From Rhynchopus sp. YZ270_cl-10 (taxonomy: Eukaryota): a DNA stretch of 64,000 nucleotides. The notes below the pieces were generated by a model that did no database searches, was not told the DNA's origin, and was given only the letters and a program-made list of their open reading frames with translations. The translations under genes and the position numbers were made by a program. Of this stretch, positions 10,204 through 20,295 are shown piece by piece (position 1 is the stretch's first letter; every line of letters begins with the position of its first letter). The stretch spans positions 1,116,001 through 1,180,000 of the forward strand of contig OZ037846.1 of NCBI GenBank assembly GCA_964035575.1. Reading direction: 5' to 3'.

Positions 10204-13200
10204 ATGCAACAATGTCTCCTCTCCGACGGAGACATCCACCCGCATCCTGGACCCAAGAAAGCCTCAAGCAAGACCGGCACGCAGCACAACATCCGCACAG
10301 CCGGCCCACCAGCAGCGAAGAAACAGCGCACTGCTGCCGCCAGCACAGGACCACCCGTGTCTGCCGTTCCCCCTACGAGCGAAGGTTGCATCACAGTCAC
10401 CACCTGCAACGTCACCTCCTACGCCAACCACGCTGCCTGCACGCTTGCGTTGAACAGCACAGTGCTCTGCCTGCAGGAAGTGAAGCTGACGGAAGAAGGT
10501 GCCCGCAGGATGGAAGCCGACCTCCCGCCTGTCTGGAAGCCACTTTGGGGCAGACCGCAGCCTGGATACATGCTTGCAGGTATACGTCACCCCACCATTG
10601 CGGAGAGGGGCGGTGTAGCCACACTAGTGCGCAGACCCACGAGCGCATTCCATGACAACACGTTGACCGACATCAACTTGTTCCAAGACAGGATTCAGCT
10701 CACGCGCTTGGCCCTGGGGGCGGGTGGTGTCTTCCTATACATCTTCAACGTGTACGCCCATTCAGGCTCTGAAGGAGGGAGGAAGAAGGATCGCGAGAAA
10801 CTTCTGCACTGCGTCCTCAACACCATGCCTAATGCTCTAGGGAAGGACGTGCCGGTGGTTGTGTGCGGTGACCTGAACACCTCTGCCTCTACGTCGTACA
10901 TCTTGCGGGAAGCGGTGAAGTCTGGGTGGACTGATGCTGCTGTGGTGCAGGCCCAAAGGCTTGGATGTGTCCCTCCTCCTCCAACCTTTATGCGACGCGA
11001 CTCAGATGGTACGCGGATTGACCACGTATTGCTGAATGAGGTGGCGGCCGCCGCCTTGTCTAGGTGTACGACGCACCACGTGGGAGTACCGCAGCACAGC
11101 GCTGTCACTGTGGAACTCTCCCTTGCAGCATTCGCACAACTAGTCTACCGATTTGTTGTACCGAAGGATCTGTCGATGGTGAAGCCTGACCTGAGTGTGC
11201 AGAGATCAGCACAATGCGCCGCTCTCCTGGCTGCGAAGGGCTTCCACGAAGCTGAAACACGTCTGGACGTACATGACATGTGGAATGCGGTGTCGCAGGC
11301 CAGTGAGGAGTATCTTCTTTTGTGTGCGAATGACGACGGCATCCCCACGAATCGTGGCCACCGTGGCCGTGGTGAGGTGAGGCAGCCGGTGCAGAAATCG
11401 ATCGCAGCTCCGACCACGAAGTACTCGACTGGTGCTGCCCCCCCTCGACAGGTGGAGTTGGCCCGCCTGGCTAACATGTCTCTCGAGCTCGAGATTCAAC
11501 TTAAAAGATTGGTGAATGGGGGGTTCACCGTGCTGGAGCACAAGACTCGCCGCCTGTGGGAATCGACACTCCGAAAATGCAAGGAGCTGCGTGTGCGTGA
11601 CCTATCTGTGGACGACCTTCCCCTGGGCATAGCAGAGCAGCTGACGCTAGCAGAGGACCTCCACACTACCTCTGCGTCTCTGGCGAGTGACCTGGGTAGG
11701 GACACCAGGACCTACAGGGAAAAGCAACAGAAGCTGAAGGCGGTACACAACTTTGACGTGGACCGAAAAAAGCTCACGGCCTTCTGCAGGGGCTCCCTAC
11801 CCGACGATCTGCTGGCTGTGGCTAGAAGAGACGGAACCCTGACGGCCAACGCGCAAGAGATGGATGCCATCCTCCAGGAAGAGTGGAAATCTGTGTTCCA
11901 GCTCTACCGCGAGTGTGCCGAGCCGGAATATGCTGATTTCGACGCTGTGTTTGGGAAGCATGTGACGAAGCACAACATGGATCTGCTCCCTCTCACTGGG
12001 GAAGACCTGGACCGCGTTCTGCAGAGTAAGAAGAAGTCTGGCGCATGTGGTGTCGATGGGTGGCGTATGGGTGAGCTGAAACGCCTTCCGATGGTCCTGC
12101 TGAACGCATTTGCCACAACGTTCAACGAGATCGAAGAATCCGGCACGTGGCCTGAAGCGTTGCTCACTGCGCTTGTGACGCTCACTCCCAAGGGAGAGGG
12201 AAAGGACCCGCTGGACCACCGCCCGATCACCGTGACGAGCAGTGTGTATAGGCTATGGGCTTCTGCACGCGTTCGGAACATCCAGAAGTGGCAAGAAACC
12301 TGGATACATAAGGACCAGCACGGCTTCCGCCCTCGCCACGGGGCCCACAACGTTCTGTTTGACATCTGCACACAGCTGGAAGACGCACTGTCTGGAGGAG
12401 AACCGCTGTACGGTCTGGCACTTGACTTTGCTAAATGCTTTGACCGTGTCCCCCAGAAGCTTACCCTCGAGCTCGCAGCACGACTTGGGCTACACCCCCG
12501 CATTCTGCAGCCGCTCCGCACCATGTACGAGCAACTGCAACGTAGGTTCCAGCTTCCACTTGGCGTAGGTACCTCGTTTAGAGTGACGAACGGCATCCTC
12601 CAAGGGTGCCCCATCAGCGTCGTAATGATTAATGCGCTGGTCGCGGTGCTGCTGAAGGACCTGGACAGCTGCAAGAACTCCTGCTCACGAGCGTACGCTG
12701 ACGACATCACCCTACTGTCACGGAAGTCGATGAACAGCTTAGAGCCATGCCTGCGCATTGTGGAGAGGTTCTGTGCCATCACCGGCATGAAACTTAACGA
12801 CACCAAAACCGTAGCATTTGGATCACGTGAGAACTTTACCAGCACTCTTGCCTCGAACACAGGACACAGATACAAAACACTGGTGAAGGTCAAGATCCTA
12901 GGGGTCTACCTCTACTGCTCGAAGCACTCTCGACGCTCCTCCCCTGATCGAGTCCGCAAGGCCATCGCAGCCCTACAACGCCTACGATGTATGCCGCTGG
13001 CGTTCTACCACAAGTATAGAATTGTGTCAGAATGCATCCTCCCGGGTGCGCTGTATGAGGTCCCGTACGCCCTGCCCTCGCAGTCTAGCTTGAAGGAACT
13101 CTCCACCGCCGTCAACACCTGCCTCTGGGGCAGTGACTATGGTACGCGCGCAGGCCTCGCAATACGCACGGTACTGTTGAAGAGCCATCGCACTGACCCG

Positions 13201-14556
13201 GCCGCCATCGTATGCAACCGGTCCATGAACGTTGTGCTTGACCACATAGCATTTGATGCAACACTGAGAGAACGATGCCTGTCGATACACAAGAGGTACA
13301 ACGCAGGAGGAGGTTGGGACTTCCGCCCCCACGGGCCGGTCGGCAACATGACCTCCACTAGCATACTGACAGGCGTGAGATGGTGTGACGACCTAACAAC
13401 CGTCACGGAGCTGTCAAGCGCCCCCGTGGAAGAAGAGAAGACACACGCCCTAGGTCTTCTCGCGCCAGGTGAACGACACCACGCCATTCGCGAAATCGTC
13501 CGACGACAGAAGTTCACAGATCTTGCCTTGGACAGACCGACTTACGACGGCGCTCAACACGGCGTCAACCTCGCCGACACCACGTACCTGCACGACCAAT
13601 TGCAGTGGTCCCACCCCCTGCTAGCTTACCGCCTCCGCCGTATCATCTGCGATGGGATACTCTACGCGCATCCTACGGTGCTGTGCCTATACGAGTCAAC
13701 AAAGAGAGGTGGCATACACCTCGAAGTGAATCAGTGCCCCTTATGCCTCACACCAACCTCCGGGCTGGCGAAGCACCTGCTGTGGACTTGCCCGCACACT
13801 GTATCTGCTAACGTGAAGGAAGCGCACCGCCCTCTCCTCGACAGGATCGGCCCGAACACCCCGAGTTGCCTGGCTATGCATGGCATAGCTCCCACGAACA
13901 CGCCCAAGCAAGTCGTCGTTGACACGCAGAGATACCTGCTGGACGTCACCACCGCAGTAGATGATCACCTGTCCTCGCGGACTACCACAGCGCCTGCACG
14001 CCACCCATGGCGTATGGACTTTGAAGTGTTCGATGCGCCCCCATACCAGGAGGCCATCTACCGGCAGCTCGCCCCTTTCTTTGGGAAGGACGATGATCCG
14101 AGATGCAAGCAGAAGCGCCACGAACTGAAGCGAATGCTCCAATGGGCCTCCTCCCTGAAATGGAGCACCGCCAACCTGCCTGTGACATGCGTGGAACTTG
14201 CCATTGACTTGGAAATTTTCCACAGGATCTACGTTCTCCGGCCAACCTCTAACATTAGAGAACGGGCCTCTGCCTTGCGCACATTGCTCAACAAGCTTCA
14301 CCGCCTGTGCAAAGCTCTTGGGATCCAAAACCCATTTCCCGCATCTGCCATCTCCTCCTCACGGGGCCTCCGGTCCATTGGCGCACCCGGACTTATAGGC
14401 TACGACCGTCGCCCAGTTTTTACGTACCCGCGCTACACTATGCACATGCTCGAACACGTCATCGTACGTGCCAAAATTACGAACTCCGGCTGGGGAAATG
14501 ACATCATCCCTGACAACAAACTTGTAGAAGCCAGCGCAGCTGAAGCTATGCGATAA
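10204..14556 (+). CDS. LINE ORF2: 2A-like motif, APE endonuclease, reverse transcriptase, C-terminal CCHC zinc finger
   Basis: APE motifs TCNVTS, LCLQEVK, NVYA, CGDLN, RIDHVL, PQHSAV; RT motifs RPITV, QHGFRP, LDFAKCFDRV, GILQGCPIS, YADDI; CPLC...HLLWTC. First ATG is at 10204, but the frame is open back to the ORF1 stop. Confidence 0.93.
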   Translation: MQQCLLSDGDIHPHPGPKKASSKTGTQHNIRTAGPPAAKKQRTAAASTGPPVSAVPPTSEGCITVTTCNVTSYANHAACTLALNSTVLCLQEVKLTEEGARRMEADLPPVWKPLWGRPQPGYMLAGIRHPTIAERGGVATLVRRPTSAFHDNTLTDINLFQDRIQLTRLALGAGGVFLYIFNVYAHSGSEGGRKKDREKLLHCVLNTMPNALGKDVPVVVCGDLNTSASTSYILREAVKSGWTDAAVVQAQRLGCVPPPPTFMRRDSDGTRIDHVLLNEVAAAALSRCTTHHVGVPQHSAVTVELSLAAFAQLVYRFVVPKDLSMVKPDLSVQRSAQCAALLAAKGFHEAETRLDVHDMWNAVSQASEEYLLLCANDDGIPTNRGHRGRGEVRQPVQKSIAAPTTKYSTGAAPPRQVELARLANMSLELEIQLKRLVNGGFTVLEHKTRRLWESTLRKCKELRVRDLSVDDLPLGIAEQLTLAEDLHTTSASLASDLGRDTRTYREKQQKLKAVHNFDVDRKKLTAFCRGSLPDDLLAVARRDGTLTANAQEMDAILQEEWKSVFQLYRECAEPEYADFDAVFGKHVTKHNMDLLPLTGEDLDRVLQSKKKSGACGVDGWRMGELKRLPMVLLNAFATTFNEIEESGTWPEALLTALVTLTPKGEGKDPLDHRPITVTSSVYRLWASARVRNIQKWQETWIHKDQHGFRPRHGAHNVLFDICTQLEDALSGGEPLYGLALDFAKCFDRVPQKLTLELAARLGLHPRILQPLRTMYEQLQRRFQLPLGVGTSFRVTNGILQGCPISVVMINALVAVLLKDLDSCKNSCSRAYADDITLLSRKSMNSLEPCLRIVERFCAITGMKLNDTKTVAFGSRENFTSTLASNTGHRYKTLVKVKILGVYLYCSKHSRRSSPDRVRKAIAALQRLRCMPLAFYHKYRIVSECILPGALYEVPYALPSQSSLKELSTAVNTCLWGSDYGTRAGLAIRTVLLKSHRTDPAAIVCNRSMNVVLDHIAFDATLRERCLSIHKRYNAGGGWDFRPHGPVGNMTSTSILTGVRWCDDLTTVTELSSAPVEEEKTHALGLLAPGERHHAIREIVRRQKFTDLALDRPTYDGAQHGVNLADTTYLHDQLQWSHPLLAYRLRRIICDGILYAHPTVLCLYESTKRGGIHLEVNQCPLCLTPTSGLAKHLLWTCPHTVSANVKEAHRPLLDRIGPNTPSCLAMHGIAPTNTPKQVVVDTQRYLLDVTTAVDDHLSSRTTTAPARHPWRMDFEVFDAPPYQEAIYRQLAPFFGKDDDPRCKQKRHELKRMLQWASSLKWSTANLPVTCVELAIDLEIFHRIYVLRPTSNIRERASALRTLLNKLHRLCKALGIQNPFPASAISSSRGLRSIGAPGLIGYDRRPVFTYPRYTMHMLEHVIVRAKITNSGWGNDIIPDNKLVEASAAEAMR

Positions 14557-14566
14557 CGAATATGAT

Positions 14567-14601
14567 AAGGTGACTAAGCACGAGAGGCTTAGGATCATCT
14601 T
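14567..14601 (+). other. 3'-terminal stem-loop of the LINE (dispersed motif)
   Basis: AAGGTGA-CTAAGC-acgagag-GCTTAG-ga-TCATCTT; CTAAGC/GCTTAG pair perfectly and the outer stem has one G.U pair; 10 nt after the ORF2 stop. Confidence 0.75.
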
Positions 14602-14659
14602 ATAAACTTTTCTTTCTATTTGTTTCTCCGGGAAAGTGCTTGACATGATTTTCCATATA

Positions 14660-15099
14660 CCGTCTTTTGAAAAATTATGGACCAGAAAAATAGGTCCATA
14701 AAAAAAAAAAATCCCAAAAAGTCCATAATTGTTCTGGTCCATCATTGTTCTGGTCCATGTTATTTCTGGTCCATCTGTGTTAGGCTTTTTTTTTTTTGAA
14801 CTTGTCCATTTTCAGACCCATTCCGAGCTTTCGGTACCGCACGTTGGCGGGGCATCTCGGCTTATATGTGGCCCGGTAGACCCATTCCGAGCTTTCTCCC
14901 CACACAAGCGGTCGTCGCACGCGCTTCGCGCGCGCGACTCCCTGTCAAAATTCTGGACAAGTACAAAAAAACCCCACACATATGTCGGACCAGAAAAATA
15001 GGTCCATAAAAAAAAAAAATCCCAAAAGGTCCATGATTGTTCTGGTCCATCATTATTCTGGTCCATGTTATTTCTGGTCCATATTTTTTCAAAAGACGG
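14660..15099. mobile_element. Tc1/mariner-type MITE with TA TSD
   Basis: TIR CCGTCTTTTGAAAAA..ATGGACCAGAAA / TTTCTGGTCCAT..TTTTTCAAAAGACGG flanked by TA on both sides; internal ttctggtccat repeats. Confidence 0.85.
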
Positions 15100-15233
15100 T
15101 ATATTTTTTTTGGGTGATCAAGTACTTGATAGAAAAAAACAATCCTTATCTTATGTGACCGCAAAAAAAACAAAAGCAAAAACCAGGAAACCATCAAAAA
15201 AAAGAAGGAAAGAAAGAGCGAAACCAAACAACC

Positions 15234-17680
15234 ATGCGTGCCTTCACACTGCTGGCTGCTGCCAGCTGTGCCCTGGCTGTGTCCAACCCTGAGGAGTACG
15301 TCGACATCATCGCTGGAGCGAAGGGCATCTTCCAGATGAGCAGGGGCAGTCTTCTCCCGCTGGTCAGCACCCCGTGGGGGTTCAACGGGTGGAGCGCGTT
15401 CACGAACGTCGACGACAGCCAGTGGTGGTGGAACAACGACCAGCGCAACTTCGTGGGCATTCGGTGCACCCACCGGCCGAGCCCGTGGATCAGCGACTGG
15501 GGACACTTCACGTTCCTCCCGATGATGGTTGGGGGCGCTAACACCGGGTACTCGAGCACCAACACATACCAGATCTACGACCCGAACAGCAAGACCAGTG
15601 TGTGGAAGCCGTACCACTTTGCGACCGAGCTGCCGTCCTCCGGCAACGAGAACGGTGTGCTGCGTCTGGAGCTTGCGCCAAGCAACCACGCTGCCGTGAC
15701 ACGTGTCGTGTACCCGACCGTGAGCAAGGTGCCCTCTCCACACTTCAACGAGACGCGTGTCCTGCGCTGGAGGCTGCCGTCCTACACAGACACACTCAAG
15801 TTCGAGCAGATCGGTGGCGTGCTGAGGGCGTCCGGCTACGTCATGTCGAGCGACCTCAAGACCTTCGTCGTGATTGAGGTGGAGACCGAGGCCACATTGT
15901 TCTCGACACACTTCAGCTCCGAGCTGGGTATGTGCACGTTTGTGTTGTATTTTGTTCATTTTATTGTGGCAATGGGAGTGAGGAATTGAGTATTGTGTTA
16001 GAAGTGTATAGGAATGAAGGAACTTCAAGCAATATTGTCAACACACCCATCACAGGTTACGCGATCTACGACACGGACGGAGATGAGTTCATCATCAAGA
16101 TGGCAACGTCGCTGATCTCTGAGGACCAGGCATGGCACAACCTGAAGTCGCAGGTCGGTTCGCTGACCTTCGACGAGGCACGTGCCAAGGCAAAGGCAGA
16201 GTGGAACGCCGTGCTCTCCCGTGTGGCAGTGACGCCGATTGCAGACGAAGAGGACAACCTCAAGGTCTTCTACTCGTCGTTCTACCGTGCGTCGCAGTTC
16301 CCACGCTTCACGTCCGAGTACGACGTGAACGGGAAGGAAGTGCACTTCTCCACGTACGCACCTGTCTCTGAGCGCAGGGCTGTGTACCGCAGTGGTGACC
16401 ACAGCTCGCTTGTCAAGGATGGAGTGCTTGTCACAGACAGTGGCTTCTGGGATGCGTACCGCACTGTGTACCCGTGGCTGTCGGTCACACACACTGATGT
16501 GCTGGGACGCATGGTGCAGGGATGGGTGAACGCGTACGAGGAGGGTGGCTGGCTGCCGAAGTGGGCCTCTGGCAGTGGCTACATCAACAGCATGGTGAGC
16601 ACGATGGGTGACTGCGTTCTGGCGGACGCGATTGTGAACGACATTGGCGGCTTCAACGTGTCTGGCGCCTACGCCGCGATCTTGAAGGACGCCTACAAGG
16701 TGAGCGACGTTGGACACGGCAGGGGCCGCGAGGCACTCTCGACGTACATGAAGAAGGGCTACATCCCGCACGGCAACAGGGAGGACGTGTCTGTGTCGCT
16801 CAACTTCTACCTTGCAGACTACTCGATTGCGCAGGCCGCCATCAAGCTTGGCGACACGAAGGCTGCCAACGAGCTTCTCGAGCGCTCTGCACAGTACACC
16901 ACACTGCTCCACGACGACGGGTTCATGCGTTCGAAGGACACACACGGCAACTGGATGGAGGGCTTCGACCAGTACGCATGGGGCGACTCGTACACAGAGT
17001 CTGGACCGTGGCAGTACCGTTTCTACGTCCCACACGACCCTAAGGGACTTGCTGTGGAGTACATGAAGCGTGGCATTGATATGTGCGAACGTCTGCAGCA
17101 CGCCATGACTGGGCCCGCCTCTGTGCACCAGGGTGGATACGGCTCCATCATCCACGAGATGACTGAGATGTCTGACAACTGCTGGGGCCAGTACGCACAC
17201 AACAACCAACCCGTGCACCACATGCTCTACATGTTCGGAGGAATGTCCGACCGTCTGAACGACACCTGCGCACAGCGTGGACAGTACTGGCTCCGCAAGG
17301 CCGTCACCGAGCTGTATCTCCCTAAGGCGGAAATGTTCTCTGGTGACGAGGACAACGGTGAGATGGCGTCATGGTACCTGCTCAGCTCGATTGGGCTGTA
17401 CTGGCTTGCGCCTGGGTCGGGCAAGGTGAGCCTGGGTATGCCGCTGTTCCGTGAGGTCACCATCACACTCAACAACGGACGCAACCTCACTGTCACAAGC
17501 AACGAGCAGCGCAGCTCCTCCAAGACCATGTGGCACCGTGACGACGACGAGACTTTCCCTGCTGTGCACTACGTGAAGTTCAACAACGTCTTCATCTCTG
17601 GCACCACCATTGACTACCAGACACTCATGCTGGGAGGCAGGCTTGAGTTCTTCATCAAGCAGTACCAAAAGGACTGGTAG
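15234..17680 (+). CDS. GH92 alpha-mannosidase (likely alpha-1,2), copy 2, secreted; exons 15234..15927 and 16056..17680
   Basis: Signal-peptide-like MRAFTLLAAASCALA; LPLVSTPWGFNGW, THRPSPW, GFWDAYRT, IIHEM, QYAHNNQP, GDEDNGEMASW; intron GTATGT(15928)...CACAG(16055) restores the frame. Confidence 0.92.
15928..16055 (+). other. GT-AG spliceosomal intron (128 nt) in GH92 copy 2
   Basis: Same phase and position as in copy 1; last ~35 nt almost identical to the copy 1 intron. Confidence 0.85.
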
Positions 17681-19199
17681 ACACAGCAAAAGAAGCCGTT
17701 CTAAGGGGGTTGTTCAATTTAGCACACTTTCCCCCCTCCATTTTTTTTCTCCAAATTTTATTTTTAAAAGGTGACAAAAAAAGGCAACGAGCTTTTGGTC
17801 ATCTTGGCTAACTTTTTCTTTTGCAACGTTACCACTATCAATTGCCAAAAAAAAAAAAGAGGAGACGACGCTGGTGCATAAAACTCCATCTTTCGATTGA
17901 AAATAATATCTTAATCTTTTTCAACGTTACTACAGAGGTCTTTCACCAACGATGTCCTTTTTTGTACAGGGAGAGTGTTCCGAGAAGAAGAAAACAAAGG
18001 AGGAAGAGGAAGAGAAAAAAAAATTAAAAGTGGAGATTGCACAACATGGCAAACACAAACCGAGGCAACTACACTACTCCGACAATTTATCAAAAAAAAA
18101 AAACCACACAAGAGAGATCATCGCGCTCGTCTGCGGTGACATAAAAATGTTTAGTATAGTGGAGCACACTCTAGGGTGGCTACACTAATACAACCAAGTT
18201 TTCAAAAAAAACAGCAAAAAAAAACAACAAAAAGAAAGGGAATGAAGAATATGCCCAAAGAGAAATTCGTCAATACAACACACTCCTTTTTTTGGTTTTT
18301 GCTAAAATAAATAAAAAAAAGCAAGCCTCCCCCCACAACCCTACCTGCTTCGCATCATACTGCTGTTCCCCTCTGTTTAGTGCATTTACTGTACACATGT
18401 CCTTTTTTAAAAAAAAATAGCAAAGAAGTTGTGTTGTATTGATATTCTTTCTCTCAGATGTCAAACCTCGAAAAAATGCATGATTGGGGTTCACCCACAG
18501 TGCGTAATTCACGAGGGGGGTTTTGTTTTTGTTTTGTTTTTCACGTCAAAAATAAAATCCTTTTTTTTTTGTGTGTTTCCTACCTTTTTTTTTTTTTTCA
18601 TAGCTTCTTGAATTTTTTTTGTTTCCAATGCCTGCTTCCGCCGGTGTCTGGCGAGTCGTTGGCATTTTTTCTCTCTGTTTTTTTTTCTCTTCTTTTTTTT
18701 TTTGTGTGGAAAGCGTGCGCGTGTTTTCATTGAGCGTTTGTTTATGCTGTTGCGTCACCCGTCAGACACAGTTTTCTTCATTTTTTTTTTTTTTTTTTTT
18801 TTTGTGTGTAAAAAATAGGCGTGTCTCTGTGATGAAAATTTTTTGAGGTATGGACAGCTTCCTATAAGCATATTGCCCAGTGTGTCTACGTGGTGTGTTG
18901 TGTTCTTTTATAACGTCGGTTTTGTGAATTCTCTTCATTTTTTACTTTAAAAAAAAAGGGGATTCTCCGGGTATTATTCACAGAGGAGAAAGGGAGGTGA
19001 AGCGGAAGTGGTTTCACGACGGTAAAATACATGAGTTGTCTTGTGGTTTTAGTTTGTGCCACATAAAGTAAAAAAAACAATTTGGGTACATTTAGTGCAC
19101 CCTATTATACCTTCTATTCAGTAGAAGAGAAAGTATATGAAACAAGTTTGTGATTTTTTGCTGTTGGCTTGCAACGGTGGAAAAAAAAATCACAAAATA

Positions 19200-19990
19200 A
19201 TATATATTATTATCGTGAATTTATTTTCCAGTATTTCACGCACAGGTGGAAACAGCCCGAGGGGAAGCATTTTTTCCCGAGGGCGAAGCCCGAGGGGAAA
19301 AATGCTTCCCCGAGGGCTGTTTCCACCTGTAAGTGAAATACTGGTATAAATTCACGAAAATATATTATTTTATCTCCAAATGAGACCATGAATTTCACAA
19401 CCCGTTTTCACGTACAAAGAGACGAGGGTGGGGTGGTTCTTTTTATGATGATTTTTGATTCAGTTTTTTGATGTGGAACTCTTAGCGCTGGACAGCGCCT
19501 TGAGCCAGAACTGGTGCAGCGGGTTTGTGGCGCTTACGCGGCTGTACTTCTGATGAAGATGAGGAAGACGATGACGATGAGTCACTTGTGTTCGTGTCGG
19601 ACTCACTCTCCACAGGTGCCCTCGCACGTTTTTGAGGTCTCATTTGGGATTTTTTGATGAAAATTTGGGAAAAAAAACGTGTAAATCCGTGGTTTGTGTG
19701 ATACAGAAAATTAACTCAAAAATGCGTTTGAGACCCCCAGAATGGCTCAAAATGCCTCTTTTCTGGCTTTAATTGCAAAATTGGGCCTCCAAAGGCCTCC
19801 AAAAAAATTTTCGAGAGTTCAGTTCTACGATTTTCTGAGCGTGAATTTATTTTTCTGAGCGTGAATTTATTTTTCTGAGCGTGAATTTATTTTTTGAGCG
19901 TGAAATACCGGAAAATAAATTCACGCACCTCCTTCACGATTTTGTGAAGGGGCGTGAAATTCATGGTCTCAAGCGGGGATAAAACTATAT
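19200..19990. mobile_element. Putative non-autonomous element built of two adjacent inverted-repeat units
   Basis: Near-perfect 145-bp palindrome at 19213-19357 centred on GGGCGAAGCCC; second IR TGAGACCATGAATTTCAC (~19381) / GTGAAATTCATGGTCTCA (~19954); TATAT-rich borders. Confidence 0.55.
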
Positions 19991-20295
19991 ATCAACTCAT
20001 TGACTTCATTGTTGTGCACTCTTCCTTTTTCTGTTGCTTATCCGCTCTCTTCTATTAAGGTGACTAAGCATGAGAGGCTTGGGGTCATCTTATAAAACTT
20101 TTCTTTATTTGATGTGCACGAGAGACGTATACCATCTTCGCATTTTCTTTATTTTTTTTTTTTGAAAAATTGAAAATCCAGTGCCCTGCGTCCGCTGATG
20201 TACGGTGAGACGTTTGTACTTTCAAATTTTTTTTATTTTTTTTTTAATTTTTTGAAGGATGTGTGTGTCTGCAAGAAGAAAGCATATTAATCAAT

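Larger units (their letters stand above)
8066..14613 (+). mobile_element. Full-length-looking non-LTR retrotransposon (APE + RT LINE); boundaries approximate
   Basis: Two long uninterrupted ORFs, C-rich 5' UTR, short 3' UTR with a stem-loop and T-rich tail. 5' boundary placed at the SL-like 15-mer. No confident TSD (TTTCTAT on both sides is only a weak candidate). Confidence 0.85.

Noticed and set aside
14567..14601. 3' hairpin as a SECIS (GUGAC...GGAU) recoding the ORF1 TGA as selenocysteine
   Set aside because: The upper helix is only 5-6 bp, there is no apical AA motif, and the GA is not kept in other copies.
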